Assembly: GCA_014800845.1 (NCBI GenBank)
Contig: JAAVFJ010000049.1
Location: 2,181 to 66,180 of the forward strand
DNA: 64,000 nt
From: Bacteroidales bacterium
Lineage (GTDB): Bacteria > Bacteroidota > Bacteroidia > Bacteroidales > Muribaculaceae
Direction of reading: 5' to 3'
The translations under genes were made by a program, and so were the position numbers. The stretch's first letter is position 1. Each line of letters begins with the position of its first letter. Under the pieces are notes generated by a model. The model had not been told where the DNA came from and ran no database searches. It saw nothing but the letters and a program-made list of their open reading frames with translations. Shown in pieces: positions 18,491 through 28,739 of this stretch.

Positions 18491-20638
18491 ATGAAAAAAC
18501 TCAACTTATTATTTGCGTTGGCTTTGTCACTGCTACTTCCTTCTCTCACTCGGGCAGCGAATTATGCGTGGCCGGCCAACTATGTTGGTGTGATGCTCCA
18601 AGGCTTCTATTGGGACTCATACACTGACACTAAATGGACAAACCTCACCGCCCAGCGCGATGAATTGTCAAAGTACTTCACGCTTATCTGGGTGCCGAAT
18701 AGTGCTAAATCAGCTTCCGGCTACATGGGTTATGATCCTGTTTACTGGTTTACGAATCACAACACTCGCTTCGGCACAGAAGCTGAGCTACGCGCCATGA
18801 TTGCAGCCTATCGCGAGAAGAATGTAGGCATAATCGAAGATGTAGTGGTCAATCACCGCAGCGGCAAAAGCAACTGGACTGACTTCCCGGCAGAGCAGTG
18901 GAATGGCAAAACGTGGCAATTAGGCCCGGAGCACATTTGCAGTACCGACGAAGTGCGCAATGCTTCCGGTCAGGCAAAACCCACCGGCGCTCCCGACACT
19001 GGCGAAGACTTTGACGGCAGCCGCGACCTTGACCATACTAATGCTACCGTGCAGGATAACGTAAAGAATTACTGCAAGTTCCTGCTTGATGACCTCGGCT
19101 ACTCCGGTTTCCGCTACGATATGGTGAAAGGCTATGCCGGCCGTTTCAACAAGATATACAACGAATACTCAAAGCCCCGCTTCTCTGTTGGAGAATACTG
19201 GGATGGCGAGTATGATGCGTTAGCAGCATGGATCGAGGCAACCGGGCGCCAGTCAGCCGCTTTTGATTTTGCTTTCAAATACAGAGTCAACGAGGCATTT
19301 ACTTCCGGCGACCTGACAAAACTCTGCTGGAAAGCTAATGGCACAACCGACCAGCCTGCCGGTCTGATTCATTTCGGCTATGCGCAGTATGCAGTGACAT
19401 TCATTGACAACCACGACACCTATAGAGATGGTTCAAAGTTTACCGGCAACGTGCTGGCAGCTAATGCCTTCATGCTTTTCTCTCCCGGTACTCCTTGCGT
19501 TTTCCTTCCTCACTATAAGGAAAACAAGGCAGCCATCCAGCGTATGATAGACATACGTAACTCCGCAGGTATTCATAACATGTCGGCAGTGAAAGTGCTC
19601 CGTACAAGCCGCGACTGTTACATGGCCGAAGTGACCGGCAATAAAGGCAAAGTAGTAGTAAAAGTCGGAAGCGCCATGGTGAGCCCCGATGGCTACGCAG
19701 ACTCTGACATCAAAGCCTCAGGCGACAGTTATTGTATCTGGACCAAGGTCAACGTAGTGACCGGTGCACCCACCAGCGGCGGCTTGCGCGAAGAGTCATC
19801 AACTATTGAACCTGACCCGGATCTCGATCCTCAGGATGATTTCATGGTATATTTCGACAACACTTCTGCAAAGTGGACTACACCTCACTTGCACTATTGG
19901 GGTGGCGAAGAGAGCACATGGCCCGGCGTGGCAATGTCTAAAATCGATGGTAACATCTGGGGCTACAAAGTGCCTGGAGGCACAACCGGCTTGCTCTTTA
20001 ACGCCGGCGATGGCGATGCTACAAAGACTGAGGATTTCACAGCAGTAGTCAATGGTCTTTATAGCACCTCCGGCCTTATCGGTACTTACACCGGTGCCGG
20101 TGGTGATAACGAAAATAATGACTCGTTCCCCGCAAATCTCTATCTTGTGGGCACTATCAATGGCCACCCCTGGGCTACAGCTTCAGGTGTTAAGCCCACC
20201 TCAGCAGACAATGGCGTTTACACTTTCGAGAATGTAACCGTAGATGATGCAGGCGAAGGCTTAGGCTACTTCACATTCCTCACTGCTCTCGATGCAGTAG
20301 ACGGGGAATGGGATGGTGCTAACCAGTCTGACCGCTATGGGGCCGCTGAGAAAGATGAACTGATAGCCCCGGGGGTGAACGCCACCATACAAAAATACAC
20401 AAAGATGGTGGATGCTATGGCTGCTCAAAGCTGGAGTATTGAGCCCGGCACATATAACATTGTAGCCGACCTAAAAGATATGAAACTCAGAATTTCAGAC
20501 ACTAATGGCGTCTCTGCAATAATCAGTCTTGAGGCACCGATATACTTTAATCTGCAGGGTAACCCCGTCAACAATCCCGGCAAGGGAATCTATATTGTGA
20601 AGCGAGGCACAAAAGTAACTAAAGAAATAGTGAAATAA
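18491..20638 (+). CDS. Secreted modular GH13 alpha-amylase with starch-binding modules and a T9SS-type C-terminal domain
   Basis: Signal peptide; FRYDMVKGY, VGEYW, FIDNHD catalytic motifs; CBM26-like VYFDN...HYWGG...WPG module; C-terminal YFNLQGNPV...GIYIVK tail. Confidence 0.9.
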   Translation: MKKLNLLFALALSLLLPSLTRAANYAWPANYVGVMLQGFYWDSYTDTKWTNLTAQRDELSKYFTLIWVPNSAKSASGYMGYDPVYWFTNHNTRFGTEAELRAMIAAYREKNVGIIEDVVVNHRSGKSNWTDFPAEQWNGKTWQLGPEHICSTDEVRNASGQAKPTGAPDTGEDFDGSRDLDHTNATVQDNVKNYCKFLLDDLGYSGFRYDMVKGYAGRFNKIYNEYSKPRFSVGEYWDGEYDALAAWIEATGRQSAAFDFAFKYRVNEAFTSGDLTKLCWKANGTTDQPAGLIHFGYAQYAVTFIDNHDTYRDGSKFTGNVLAANAFMLFSPGTPCVFLPHYKENKAAIQRMIDIRNSAGIHNMSAVKVLRTSRDCYMAEVTGNKGKVVVKVGSAMVSPDGYADSDIKASGDSYCIWTKVNVVTGAPTSGGLREESSTIEPDPDLDPQDDFMVYFDNTSAKWTTPHLHYWGGEESTWPGVAMSKIDGNIWGYKVPGGTTGLLFNAGDGDATKTEDFTAVVNGLYSTSGLIGTYTGAGGDNENNDSFPANLYLVGTINGHPWATASGVKPTSADNGVYTFENVTVDDAGEGLGYFTFLTALDAVDGEWDGANQSDRYGAAEKDELIAPGVNATIQKYTKMVDAMAAQSWSIEPGTYNIVADLKDMKLRISDTNGVSAIISLEAPIYFNLQGNPVNNPGKGIYIVKRGTKVTKEIVK

Positions 20639-20660
20639 TACTCTCAAAAGCTAAATCAGG

Positions 20661-20710
20661 AAGCGCTCAGCGGAAATTTTAAAAAAAGTCCGTCTGAGCG
20701 CTTTTCTTTT
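20661..20710 (+). terminator. Intrinsic terminator after the amylase gene
   Basis: AAGCGCTCAG / CTGAGCGCTT stem followed by T-rich tract. Confidence 0.75.
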
Positions 20711-20835
20711 TTGGAGAAGCGAGGAAAAAATGTTAATTTCGCACGATGGAAATCTTAAGACCTAAATCTATGATTAAATCCTGAAAATCACTCTTACTAT
20801 AAATCTATAGAAATAAACTAAACCCAATTTATTAT

Positions 20836-22542
20836 ATGGCACAACCCGTCATCACTTCACTGCGCGACAAGGCATCCATGCGTTGGCTTGCGCTCGCGCT
20901 ACTTGCGGGAGCTATGTTCTGTTCATACATCTTTATGGACGTGCTCTCGCCAATCAAAGACCTTCTGCAATCTACTCGTGGCTGGGACTCCACCGCTTTC
21001 GGCACGATGCAGGGCTCCGAGACATTCCTTAACGTATTCATTTTCTTCCTGATTTTTGCGGGTATTATCCTCGACAAGATGGGTGTGCGTTTCACAGCAC
21101 TCCTCTCCGGTGTGGTAATGCTGGTAGGCGCTACAATCAACTGGTATGCGCTCACCGACTCCTTTATCGGAAGCAGTCTTGACACTTGGTTTACAAATCA
21201 TTTGAATTACATTCCCGGTTTCGATGAGCTTGGTATCTCACCGTTCTACAAAGGCATGCCGGCATCAGCAAAACTGTCAGCCGTAGGCTTCATGATATTC
21301 GGTTGCGGCGTGGAGATGGCAGGCATCACCGTAAGTCGCGGCATTGTTAAGTGGTTTAAAGGCAGAGAGATGGCTCTGGCCATGGGCTCCGAGATGGCAC
21401 TCGCTCGTCTGGGTGTAGCTACCTGTATGATCTTCTCTCCGATGTTCGCTGAAATGGGCGGCAAAGTCGATGTAAGCCGTTCAGTGGCTTTCGGCGTAGT
21501 GCTGCTCATGATTGCTCTGATGATGTTCATAGTCTACTTCTTCATGGACCGTAAACTCGATTCTCAGACTCACGAGGCCGAGGAGAAGGATGATCCCTTC
21601 AAGATTTCTGACCTTGGCAAGATTCTCTCCAGCCTTGGCTTCTGGCTTGTTGCATTGCTTTGCGTGCTCTATTATTCAGCTATCTTCCCGTTCCAGAAGT
21701 ATGCTGTGAATATGCTTCAGTGTAACATCGAGTTTTCTCCGCTCCCCGCCGATTCATTCTGGAAGACCGAAGCGGTGACCTACATTCAGTATGCGATAAT
21801 GCTTGTGGTTGCAGCCACCGCATTCGCCGGTAACTTCGCAAAGAAAGCTGCTATGAAGGGTCTGCTCTTCGGCATCTCAATAGTATCCCTCGTGGTATAT
21901 TGCTGGATGGGCTACGAGAAACAGAGCGCAGGCGCAATCTTCGCTGTGTTCCCCCTGCTTGCAGTTGGCATCACTCCCATACTTGGTAAGTATGTGGACC
22001 ATAAAGGTAAGGCTGCTTCCATGCTTGTTCTCGGCTCACTGTTGCTCATAGCCTGTCACCTGACATTTGCATTCATTCTCCCGATGTTCAAGGGCAACGC
22101 AATAGGTGGTGTAACAATAGCTTACATTACAATCCTGGTTCTCGGCGCATCATTCTCTCTGGTGCCCGCTTCACTTTGGCCCTCAGTGCCTAAGCTGGTT
22201 GACTCCAAGATTATCGGTTCTGCATACGCTCTTATTTTCTGGATTCAGAACATCGGCCTTTGGCTCTTCCCCATGCTCATCGGTAAGGTTCTTACGTCTA
22301 CAAACACCGATATTGAAGCGAAGGTGGCTGCCGGCCAAATGAGTGAAGAGGTTGCATCAGTAAGCTACAACTACACTTGGGCACTTGTGATGCTCGCTTG
22401 TCTGGGCGTAGCAGCGCTCTTCATCGGCCTGTACCTGAAAATTGTAGACCGCAAGAAGCATCTCGGCCTTGAGCTCCCGAACATCGCTCCTGAAAACAGA
22501 GCTGAGATTGCCGAGGCTGAGATGGCAGATGCCGAGCTTTAA
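20836..22542 (+). CDS. MFS transporter (long, 568 aa)
   Basis: Many TM helices; GIILDKMG and GKYVDHKGK loop motifs typical of MFS. Confidence 0.88.
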   Translation: MAQPVITSLRDKASMRWLALALLAGAMFCSYIFMDVLSPIKDLLQSTRGWDSTAFGTMQGSETFLNVFIFFLIFAGIILDKMGVRFTALLSGVVMLVGATINWYALTDSFIGSSLDTWFTNHLNYIPGFDELGISPFYKGMPASAKLSAVGFMIFGCGVEMAGITVSRGIVKWFKGREMALAMGSEMALARLGVATCMIFSPMFAEMGGKVDVSRSVAFGVVLLMIALMMFIVYFFMDRKLDSQTHEAEEKDDPFKISDLGKILSSLGFWLVALLCVLYYSAIFPFQKYAVNMLQCNIEFSPLPADSFWKTEAVTYIQYAIMLVVAATAFAGNFAKKAAMKGLLFGISIVSLVVYCWMGYEKQSAGAIFAVFPLLAVGITPILGKYVDHKGKAASMLVLGSLLLIACHLTFAFILPMFKGNAIGGVTIAYITILVLGASFSLVPASLWPSVPKLVDSKIIGSAYALIFWIQNIGLWLFPMLIGKVLTSTNTDIEAKVAAGQMSEEVASVSYNYTWALVMLACLGVAALFIGLYLKIVDRKKHLGLELPNIAPENRAEIAEAEMADAEL

Positions 22543-22577
22543 TGCACTTTTATAGTTAACTCTATATACTTTTTAAT

Positions 22578-22612
22578 GAGTCGGACGTTATATTATTATT
22601 AACGTCTGACTC
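22578..22612. terminator. Terminator-like hairpin after the MFS gene
   Basis: GAGTCGGACGTTA / TAACGTCTGACTC near-perfect stem. Confidence 0.6.
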
Positions 22613-22622
22613 TCTTATTTAA

Positions 22623-23738
22623 ATGAAAGTAATTACCCGATATATATCACTTTTGCTTCTGCTATGCGTGGCGTCCTCAGCATGGGCTGAAACAGTAAGC
22701 CAGAAGGAGGCTAAGCGAGTGGCCACGCTGTTCTTTAACAGTGCCTACGGTCAGGTTATGGCCGACCCCGTGTATGTCTACAACGGTAAGCGCCTGACTA
22801 CCGACAGACTCTTTTCTCCCTTCTATGTCTTCAATCATCCTGCCGGTGGCTTTGTGGTTATCTCTGCTGAAAACAAGGCTTTTCCCATCCTTGGATTCTC
22901 ACTGGCCGAGCGCTTTAATCCTGATAAAATAGGGGAGAAGACTACTGATTTGCTGCGCATGTATGCCCGGCATATAGAGAATGTGAGATACGACAGCGAA
23001 GTGCCTTTTCAGGCTATAGAAGCATGGCAAAACCTCCCGGTGCATATTAATGAAATCCTGACAGCTGACAGAGTGATTACCGATCAACTCATCTCTGCCG
23101 ATGAAGCCGAAAATGAGATTTGGTTCACAGCCGAATCCAATGATGCTGAAGCCTCGACTTCAGGTTTCTATACACCGGACCAGTGGCTTGAACAAATTAA
23201 CACTGAGCTCGCCACCAAGCGTAATCTGCCGTTAGGAATCATTACGGAGAATAGTATCACGCCCGTTGTTGTGCAGGGGCATCAAGGCGATTTTTATCGC
23301 TTAAGTCTTGATCAACTCAACCGGCAGTTGTGGCGCCTGCTGCCTACTGAAATCCTGAACCAGGGGGAAATTGCAGTCTTCGGCAATCCTCCCACCGTTC
23401 CTGAAGTTGAAATAGCAGAGGAACCCTTTGCTTTTTACAATGCAATGATGGCCGATAATCTGCAGGAGTATCAGTCCGATCGCGCAGCTATTGAGGATGC
23501 ATTGGTGGTGACCGACCCGCTTATTCGTGGCTTGGGACTGGGTTATTATAGCGTGACACTGCCGGAGCCGGCGGTGAGCATGCGTGTGTTTAATTCCACC
23601 GGCGCACAGATGAGCAGCGAAAAATTCAGGGATACAAACACTGCGTTTGTAGATTTGACAAAGCTCCCGACAGGACTCTATTTTGCTGTAATTTTCGGCG
23701 AATCAGGCCAGCCTTACGGCATTAAACTATTTCGATAA
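22623..23738 (+). CDS. Spi (inhibitor I69) prodomain protein with degenerate C10-protease remnant and C-terminal sorting-like domain
   Basis: Signal peptide; YVFN...GGFVVISAE...PILGFS prodomain motif; no catalytic Cys region; C-terminal LPTGLYFA tail. Confidence 0.75.
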   Translation: MKVITRYISLLLLLCVASSAWAETVSQKEAKRVATLFFNSAYGQVMADPVYVYNGKRLTTDRLFSPFYVFNHPAGGFVVISAENKAFPILGFSLAERFNPDKIGEKTTDLLRMYARHIENVRYDSEVPFQAIEAWQNLPVHINEILTADRVITDQLISADEAENEIWFTAESNDAEASTSGFYTPDQWLEQINTELATKRNLPLGIITENSITPVVVQGHQGDFYRLSLDQLNRQLWRLLPTEILNQGEIAVFGNPPTVPEVEIAEEPFAFYNAMMADNLQEYQSDRAAIEDALVVTDPLIRGLGLGYYSVTLPEPAVSMRVFNSTGAQMSSEKFRDTNTAFVDLTKLPTGLYFAVIFGESGQPYGIKLFR

Positions 23739-23797
23739 ACTGAATCTTTAACCTGTAGCTATAACCTGTATCTAACATATCAATTATCTAAAATAAA

Positions 23798-24070
23798 ATG
23801 AAATTCCTTAATTCAAAATTATGGATTGGCATAATCTTTATCGTCATCATTCTTATACTTTGTCTGAGCTTTACCAGCCGTAAATATTGGTGGTGCTACA
23901 TAGATGTTTTCTTTTTCTTTATGGGTGCGTTTTGCCAACTGATGGCGCTTACCCTTGGCGTGAAGATACCTAAGGCCGGCGCTAAACTGTCGATGATAGC
24001 GGCAGTCTTTGCCATTCTGGGTTTAGTCTCATTAATAGTGGAGGCAATATTGCTGTTCGGTGTTTTCTGA
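23798..24070 (+). CDS. Small three-TM membrane protein
   Basis: 90-aa hydrophobic ORF. Confidence 0.7.
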   Translation: MKFLNSKLWIGIIFIVIILILCLSFTSRKYWWCYIDVFFFFMGAFCQLMALTLGVKIPKAGAKLSMIAAVFAILGLVSLIVEAILLFGVF

Positions 24071-24165
24071 ATTAAAAAGACTCAAACTCGCCGCGCGATT
24101 CCCGTGCTGTCGGCGATTTACTAAGATAATATGCAGATTATACCTTAGTTTTCGCGAATTTTTTT

Positions 24166-24173
24166 TACCTTTG
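24166..24173 (+). promoter_or_regulatory. -7 promoter element (TACCTTTG) for the nucleoside permease operon
   Basis: Exact TAnnTTTG match 47 nt upstream of the ATG. Confidence 0.65.
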
Positions 24174-24220
24174 TCATCTAATTAGCCATTTGGCCTCCGG
24201 CCAATTAATTATCTACTGTC

Positions 24221-25630
24221 ATGAAAGGTATTAAAACACGCTTGGCGATAATGAACTTCCTCGAATTTGCAGTTTGGGGCAGTTATCTCGTATGTCTTGG
24301 TAACTATCTCGGAAGTGCCGGACTTGGTGGAGACATCGCCTGGTTCTATTCAGTGCAGGGCATTGTTTCTATTTTCATGCCTGCCATAATGGGTGCGATA
24401 GCTGACAAATTTGTTCAGCCGCAGAAATTGCTTGGTTATTGCCACTTCTTTGCTGCTATCTTCATGCTCCTTGCGTGGCACTACGGATGCAATCACCCCA
24501 CTCTGGAATTCTGGCCCTTCTTCTCTCTCTACACACTCAGCGTGGCTTTCTTTATGCCCACCATAGCGCTGTCTAACACCGTGGCCTTTTCTCTACTGAA
24601 GCAATCGGGCCTCGACACTGTCAAGGATTTTCCGCCTATTCGTGTGCTCGGCACAGTCGGTTTCATTGCAGCCATGTGGTTTGTCAATGGTTTTTATATG
24701 TACGATGGTTCGGTAGGTTTCTCACTCACCAACCCTGCAGGCACAGGACCGGACCCCCGCTTCCAGTTCTCTGTAAATCAGCTGGCAGTATGCGCTATGC
24801 TCGGTATCCTGCTCTTCCTTTATTGCATGCTTCTCCCCGCATGTCAGTGCGCGGCAAAGGGACTGAAAAGCAAAGGTTTTGCAGCTATGTTCGGACTCGA
24901 CGCTTTCAAATTGTTCAAGAAAAAGCAGATGGCCCTCTTCTTCATATTCTCAATGCTGCTGGGCGTCTCTCTGCAGATTACAAATGGATTCGCCACACCG
25001 TTCATTTCATCATTTAAGGCGCTGCCGGAGTACCTGGACTCCTTCGGTGCAAATAACGCCACATTGCTCACCTCGCTTTCCCAGATTTCTGAGGCGCTGT
25101 GCATTCTGCTGATTCCCTTCTTCCTCAAGCGATTCGGCATCAAGAAAGTAATGATGATAGCTATGGCAGCTTGGGTTTTCCGTTTCGGATTCTTCGGCAT
25201 TGGTAACCCGGGCAGCGGAGTTTGGCTGTTCATTTTATCAATGATAGTCTACGGTGTAGCCTTTGATTTCTTCAATGTGTCCGGAGCCCTCTTCGTAGAA
25301 CAGGAAACATCTCCTAACATCAAGGCTTCAGCGCAGGGCCTCTTCATGCTCATGACAAACGGCATCGGTGCCACTGTCGGCACACTCGGCGCCGGGGCTA
25401 TCATCAACTACTTCTGCTCTTGGCAGGCGGTAGATGGCGCATCCTATCTTTTAGGTAATGAGGGAACAAATGGATGGACCGGTGCTTGGCTTGTATTTGC
25501 TGCCTACGCGTTGCTGGTGTTCTGCCTCTTCGGCGTACTGTTCAAATATCGCCATCAGCCTAATAATAACGTTACTGTTGACGAGGTAGCTCCGGCCGCC
25601 GGTGACCCTGAAGGATACGTAGATTTGTAA
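24221..25630 (+). CDS. Nucleoside:H+ symporter (NupG/XapB-family MFS)
   Basis: MNFLEFAVWG, FPPIRVLGTVGF, SQISE, ASAQGLF motifs. Confidence 0.9.
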   Translation: MKGIKTRLAIMNFLEFAVWGSYLVCLGNYLGSAGLGGDIAWFYSVQGIVSIFMPAIMGAIADKFVQPQKLLGYCHFFAAIFMLLAWHYGCNHPTLEFWPFFSLYTLSVAFFMPTIALSNTVAFSLLKQSGLDTVKDFPPIRVLGTVGFIAAMWFVNGFYMYDGSVGFSLTNPAGTGPDPRFQFSVNQLAVCAMLGILLFLYCMLLPACQCAAKGLKSKGFAAMFGLDAFKLFKKKQMALFFIFSMLLGVSLQITNGFATPFISSFKALPEYLDSFGANNATLLTSLSQISEALCILLIPFFLKRFGIKKVMMIAMAAWVFRFGFFGIGNPGSGVWLFILSMIVYGVAFDFFNVSGALFVEQETSPNIKASAQGLFMLMTNGIGATVGTLGAGAIINYFCSWQAVDGASYLLGNEGTNGWTGAWLVFAAYALLVFCLFGVLFKYRHQPNNNVTVDEVAPAAGDPEGYVDL

Positions 25631-25647
25631 GTAACCCGCTATAACGA

Positions 25648-26358
25648 ATGATTCAGTTTTATTTGCCTGACATATCCACGATGCCGGTGCTTCCGGAGTC
25701 GGAAAGCGGACACTGTGTGCGGGTGCTACGCATGCGTGAAGGCGATGAACTTATTTGCGTCGATGGCAAAGGCAATCGCTACACTTGCTCCATACTTGAG
25801 GCTCACCCCAAGCACGTGCAACTCCAGGTAATTTCAAAAGAAGAAGTGCCGCAGTGCTGGAAAGCAAACATCCACCTCGCGTTTGCGCCCACTAAGCACA
25901 TGGACCGAGTGGAGTGGATGCTTGAGAAATGCACGGAGATGGGTATAAATTCATTTGTACCGGTCAGGTGTGACCGCAGCGAGCGAAAAGATGTGAAGTC
26001 AGAGCGCTTGGAAAAGATACTTGTATCGGCAATGAAGCAGAGCCTTAAAGCCACGCTTCCTGAGCTCGATGCAATGACCCCTTTGCGGCAGCTGCTCACG
26101 GCAGACATTCCCGGCAGTAAATTCATAGGCTATTGCAGCGATGAAGTGACCCGCAGGGAGTTCAGCAAAGAATATATCCCGGGTACTGATGTCACCATAC
26201 TTATTGGCCCTGAGGGGGATTTTTCACCCGAAGAGGTAAAAATAGCTGTGGACAACGGTTGGATTCCCGTGACATTTGGCGACAGCCGCTTGCGTGCCGA
26301 GACAGCCGGAATATTTTCTGTAGCGGCTGTTCACGCTATTAATCAAAAAGAATTATAG
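25648..26358 (+). CDS. rsmE: 16S rRNA m3U1498 methyltransferase
   Basis: HCVRVLRMREG, EKCTEMG, LIGPEGDFS, RLRAETA motifs. Confidence 0.95.
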   Translation: MIQFYLPDISTMPVLPESESGHCVRVLRMREGDELICVDGKGNRYTCSILEAHPKHVQLQVISKEEVPQCWKANIHLAFAPTKHMDRVEWMLEKCTEMGINSFVPVRCDRSERKDVKSERLEKILVSAMKQSLKATLPELDAMTPLRQLLTADIPGSKFIGYCSDEVTRREFSKEYIPGTDVTILIGPEGDFSPEEVKIAVDNGWIPVTFGDSRLRAETAGIFSVAAVHAINQKEL

Positions 26359-26362
26359 AAAC

Positions 26363-27196
26363 ATGAATAATATAAAGTTATCAGAATATCTCTCCTCATC
26401 ACCTGTAGGCAATTTCTTTCTGCTTGCAGGACCCTGTGTGATAGAGGGTGAAGAGATGGCTCTGAGCATAGCCGAACATCTGAAGGAGATAGGTACTAAG
26501 CTACAGATACCTCTTGTGTTTAAGGGCAGTTACCGCAAAGCAAATCGCTCGCGCCTCGATTCTTTTACTGGAATTGGCGATGAAAAGGCTTTAAAAATTC
26601 TGGCTAAGGTTAAGGAAACTTTTGATATTCCTGTAGTGACTGACATTCACCAAAGCAGTGAGGCTCAGATGGCCGCTGAATATGTCGACATGCTGCAGAT
26701 TCCCGCATTTCTTTGTCGACAGACCGAGCTACTCGTTGCGGCTGCCAAAACCGGTAAATATGTAAATATTAAAAAAGGGCAATTCCTCTCGCCGGAATCA
26801 ATGGCAAATGCTGTCAACAAGGTAAGAGCTGCCGGTAACAATGAGGTGGCAGTGACTGACCGAGGCACAACATTCGGTTACACCGACCTAATCGTAGACT
26901 TCCGCGGTATCCCCGTCATGCGCGACGAATGTAAATGTCCTGTAATAATGGATATTACCCATTCTCTCCAGCAGCCAAATCAGAGCAGTGGTGTGACAGG
27001 TGGTCTCCCCTCAATGATTTCTACCATAGGCAAAGCGGCAATAGCTGTCGGCGCCGACGGTCTGTTTATTGAAACGCATCCCAATCCCGCTGTTGCAAAA
27101 AGTGATGGCGCCAATATGCTGCCGCTTGACAAGATTGAATCGCTCTTAAGAAATCTCACAACCTTGAGGATGGCAGTCAATTCATTAGACTTTTAA
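26363..27196 (+). CDS. kdsA: KDO-8-phosphate synthase
   Basis: AGPCVIEG, KGSYRKANRS, QIPAFLCRQT, KKGQF, DITHSLQ motifs. Confidence 0.97.
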   Translation: MNNIKLSEYLSSSPVGNFFLLAGPCVIEGEEMALSIAEHLKEIGTKLQIPLVFKGSYRKANRSRLDSFTGIGDEKALKILAKVKETFDIPVVTDIHQSSEAQMAAEYVDMLQIPAFLCRQTELLVAAAKTGKYVNIKKGQFLSPESMANAVNKVRAAGNNEVAVTDRGTTFGYTDLIVDFRGIPVMRDECKCPVIMDITHSLQQPNQSSGVTGGLPSMISTIGKAAIAVGADGLFIETHPNPAVAKSDGANMLPLDKIESLLRNLTTLRMAVNSLDF

Positions 27197-27207
27197 TTTC
27201 TGAAACA

Positions 27208-28728
27208 ATGAACTTTCGCAAATATATAGTAGCCGCATCAGTAGGCATGGCCTTGGCTGTTAATGCCCAGTCTATCAATCCACTGACGCAGGCTATGCTT
27301 GACGGTTACGAGACACTCCTGGCCGAAAACCCTAAAGATTATCGCACACTTTATGAGCGTGCCTCTCAGTATTATCGTTTGTCTCGCTATGACCTTGCGC
27401 TTAACGATATTAAGAAGGCCATAGAGTTTACCCCCGCAAAAGACAAGGATCAGCTTTCTTCCGAGTATGGACTTTGTGCAGACATTTACACTCAGATGCA
27501 GGATTATTCCGCTGCGCTTGATGCTGTGAACAATGCGCTTGTACAGACTCCCAACAGTTATCCTTTACTTTACATGAAGGGTAATATATGTCTCTATCTT
27601 AATGACTTAAAAGCCGCCGCCGGTTGCTTTCAAGCCATGCGTCGCATGAATCCCCGCAGTCAGGAGGCCGTGATAGGCAACGCTATTGTAGCCGTCAGGG
27701 AACTGAACTTCGGTCAGGCATCGGAACTGCTTAAGGATGCAGAAAGACTTGACCCTTCAAACTATCTCACTTATTGCCGCATAGGTGATATTCATAGGGA
27801 AATGGGCATGCATCGTCAGGCAGCCAGTGATTACATCAGTGCCTTTAGCCTCAATTCTTCAAGCGAGCGCCCTATGTCGTCAATGCTCTCTCTGGCCAAA
27901 GAAAATTATGGCGCTACAGTGGAAGCTGTAGACTATGCTCTGACTCAAACTTCCAACACTGTGCCCCTAAATTTCCTTAAGGCGAATATTGCATTAAACG
28001 CCGGGAAATACGCTGAGGCCTATGAGGCCTATCAGCAGCTTCTGACCGACGAGGCTCAGACAGCTATACTGGCCCCCTCGGTGGCAAAAGTTTGCCTTGG
28101 TATGGGCAATATTCAGGAGGCGGATAAGTATGCCAACATGGCTCTTCAGCGCAATAATAATGCAGCAAATAATCTGACCAAAGCTCAGATTGAAGAAAGT
28201 GCCGGCAACATTGCATCTGCCCTCATATATGCCGAAAACTCCCTGAGAGCAAACGGGGATAGTCCGGACGCAATAATGGAGGTAGCAAGTTTGCAGACTG
28301 CATCCGGCAACTTCGAAGACGCGCTTCGCACTCTTGCCAATGCATTATTGCTGGACCCTTCAAACACTAATTATCTGCTTCTAAGGGGGTATATTCAGAG
28401 TAAATGTCAGAATAACGCAGCGGCCGGAAATATTGACTTTCAGCGTGCTATCAATGCCTCCTTAGGTGATGATTCAGGCGTAGCATCCAAGGCAATAGCT
28501 CAGGCCCTGTCCGGTCTCAAACTCGATGCTCAGTCTACCATAGCACCCCTGGAAAGTAAAGCCGAGATTAATCCGGAGACTGCAATCTTAGTAGCACAAT
28601 ATTATAAGTTGGCCGGCAATGCAAGCAAAGCCGCTGAGTATAAAGCAAAAGCCAAGGCTCAGGGATATGAAGATGAATACATTATGTCCTATTCGCTTAA
28701 CCCGATTCTCTCGCTTAAAGGCATTTAA
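27208..28728 (+). CDS. Secreted TPR-repeat protein
   Basis: Signal peptide (MNFRKYIVAASVGMALAVNA) followed by many TPR-like repeats. Confidence 0.85.
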   Translation: MNFRKYIVAASVGMALAVNAQSINPLTQAMLDGYETLLAENPKDYRTLYERASQYYRLSRYDLALNDIKKAIEFTPAKDKDQLSSEYGLCADIYTQMQDYSAALDAVNNALVQTPNSYPLLYMKGNICLYLNDLKAAAGCFQAMRRMNPRSQEAVIGNAIVAVRELNFGQASELLKDAERLDPSNYLTYCRIGDIHREMGMHRQAASDYISAFSLNSSSERPMSSMLSLAKENYGATVEAVDYALTQTSNTVPLNFLKANIALNAGKYAEAYEAYQQLLTDEAQTAILAPSVAKVCLGMGNIQEADKYANMALQRNNNAANNLTKAQIEESAGNIASALIYAENSLRANGDSPDAIMEVASLQTASGNFEDALRTLANALLLDPSNTNYLLLRGYIQSKCQNNAAAGNIDFQRAINASLGDDSGVASKAIAQALSGLKLDAQSTIAPLESKAEINPETAILVAQYYKLAGNASKAAEYKAKAKAQGYEDEYIMSYSLNPILSLKGI

Positions 28729-28739
28729 ACTGACTTTAA

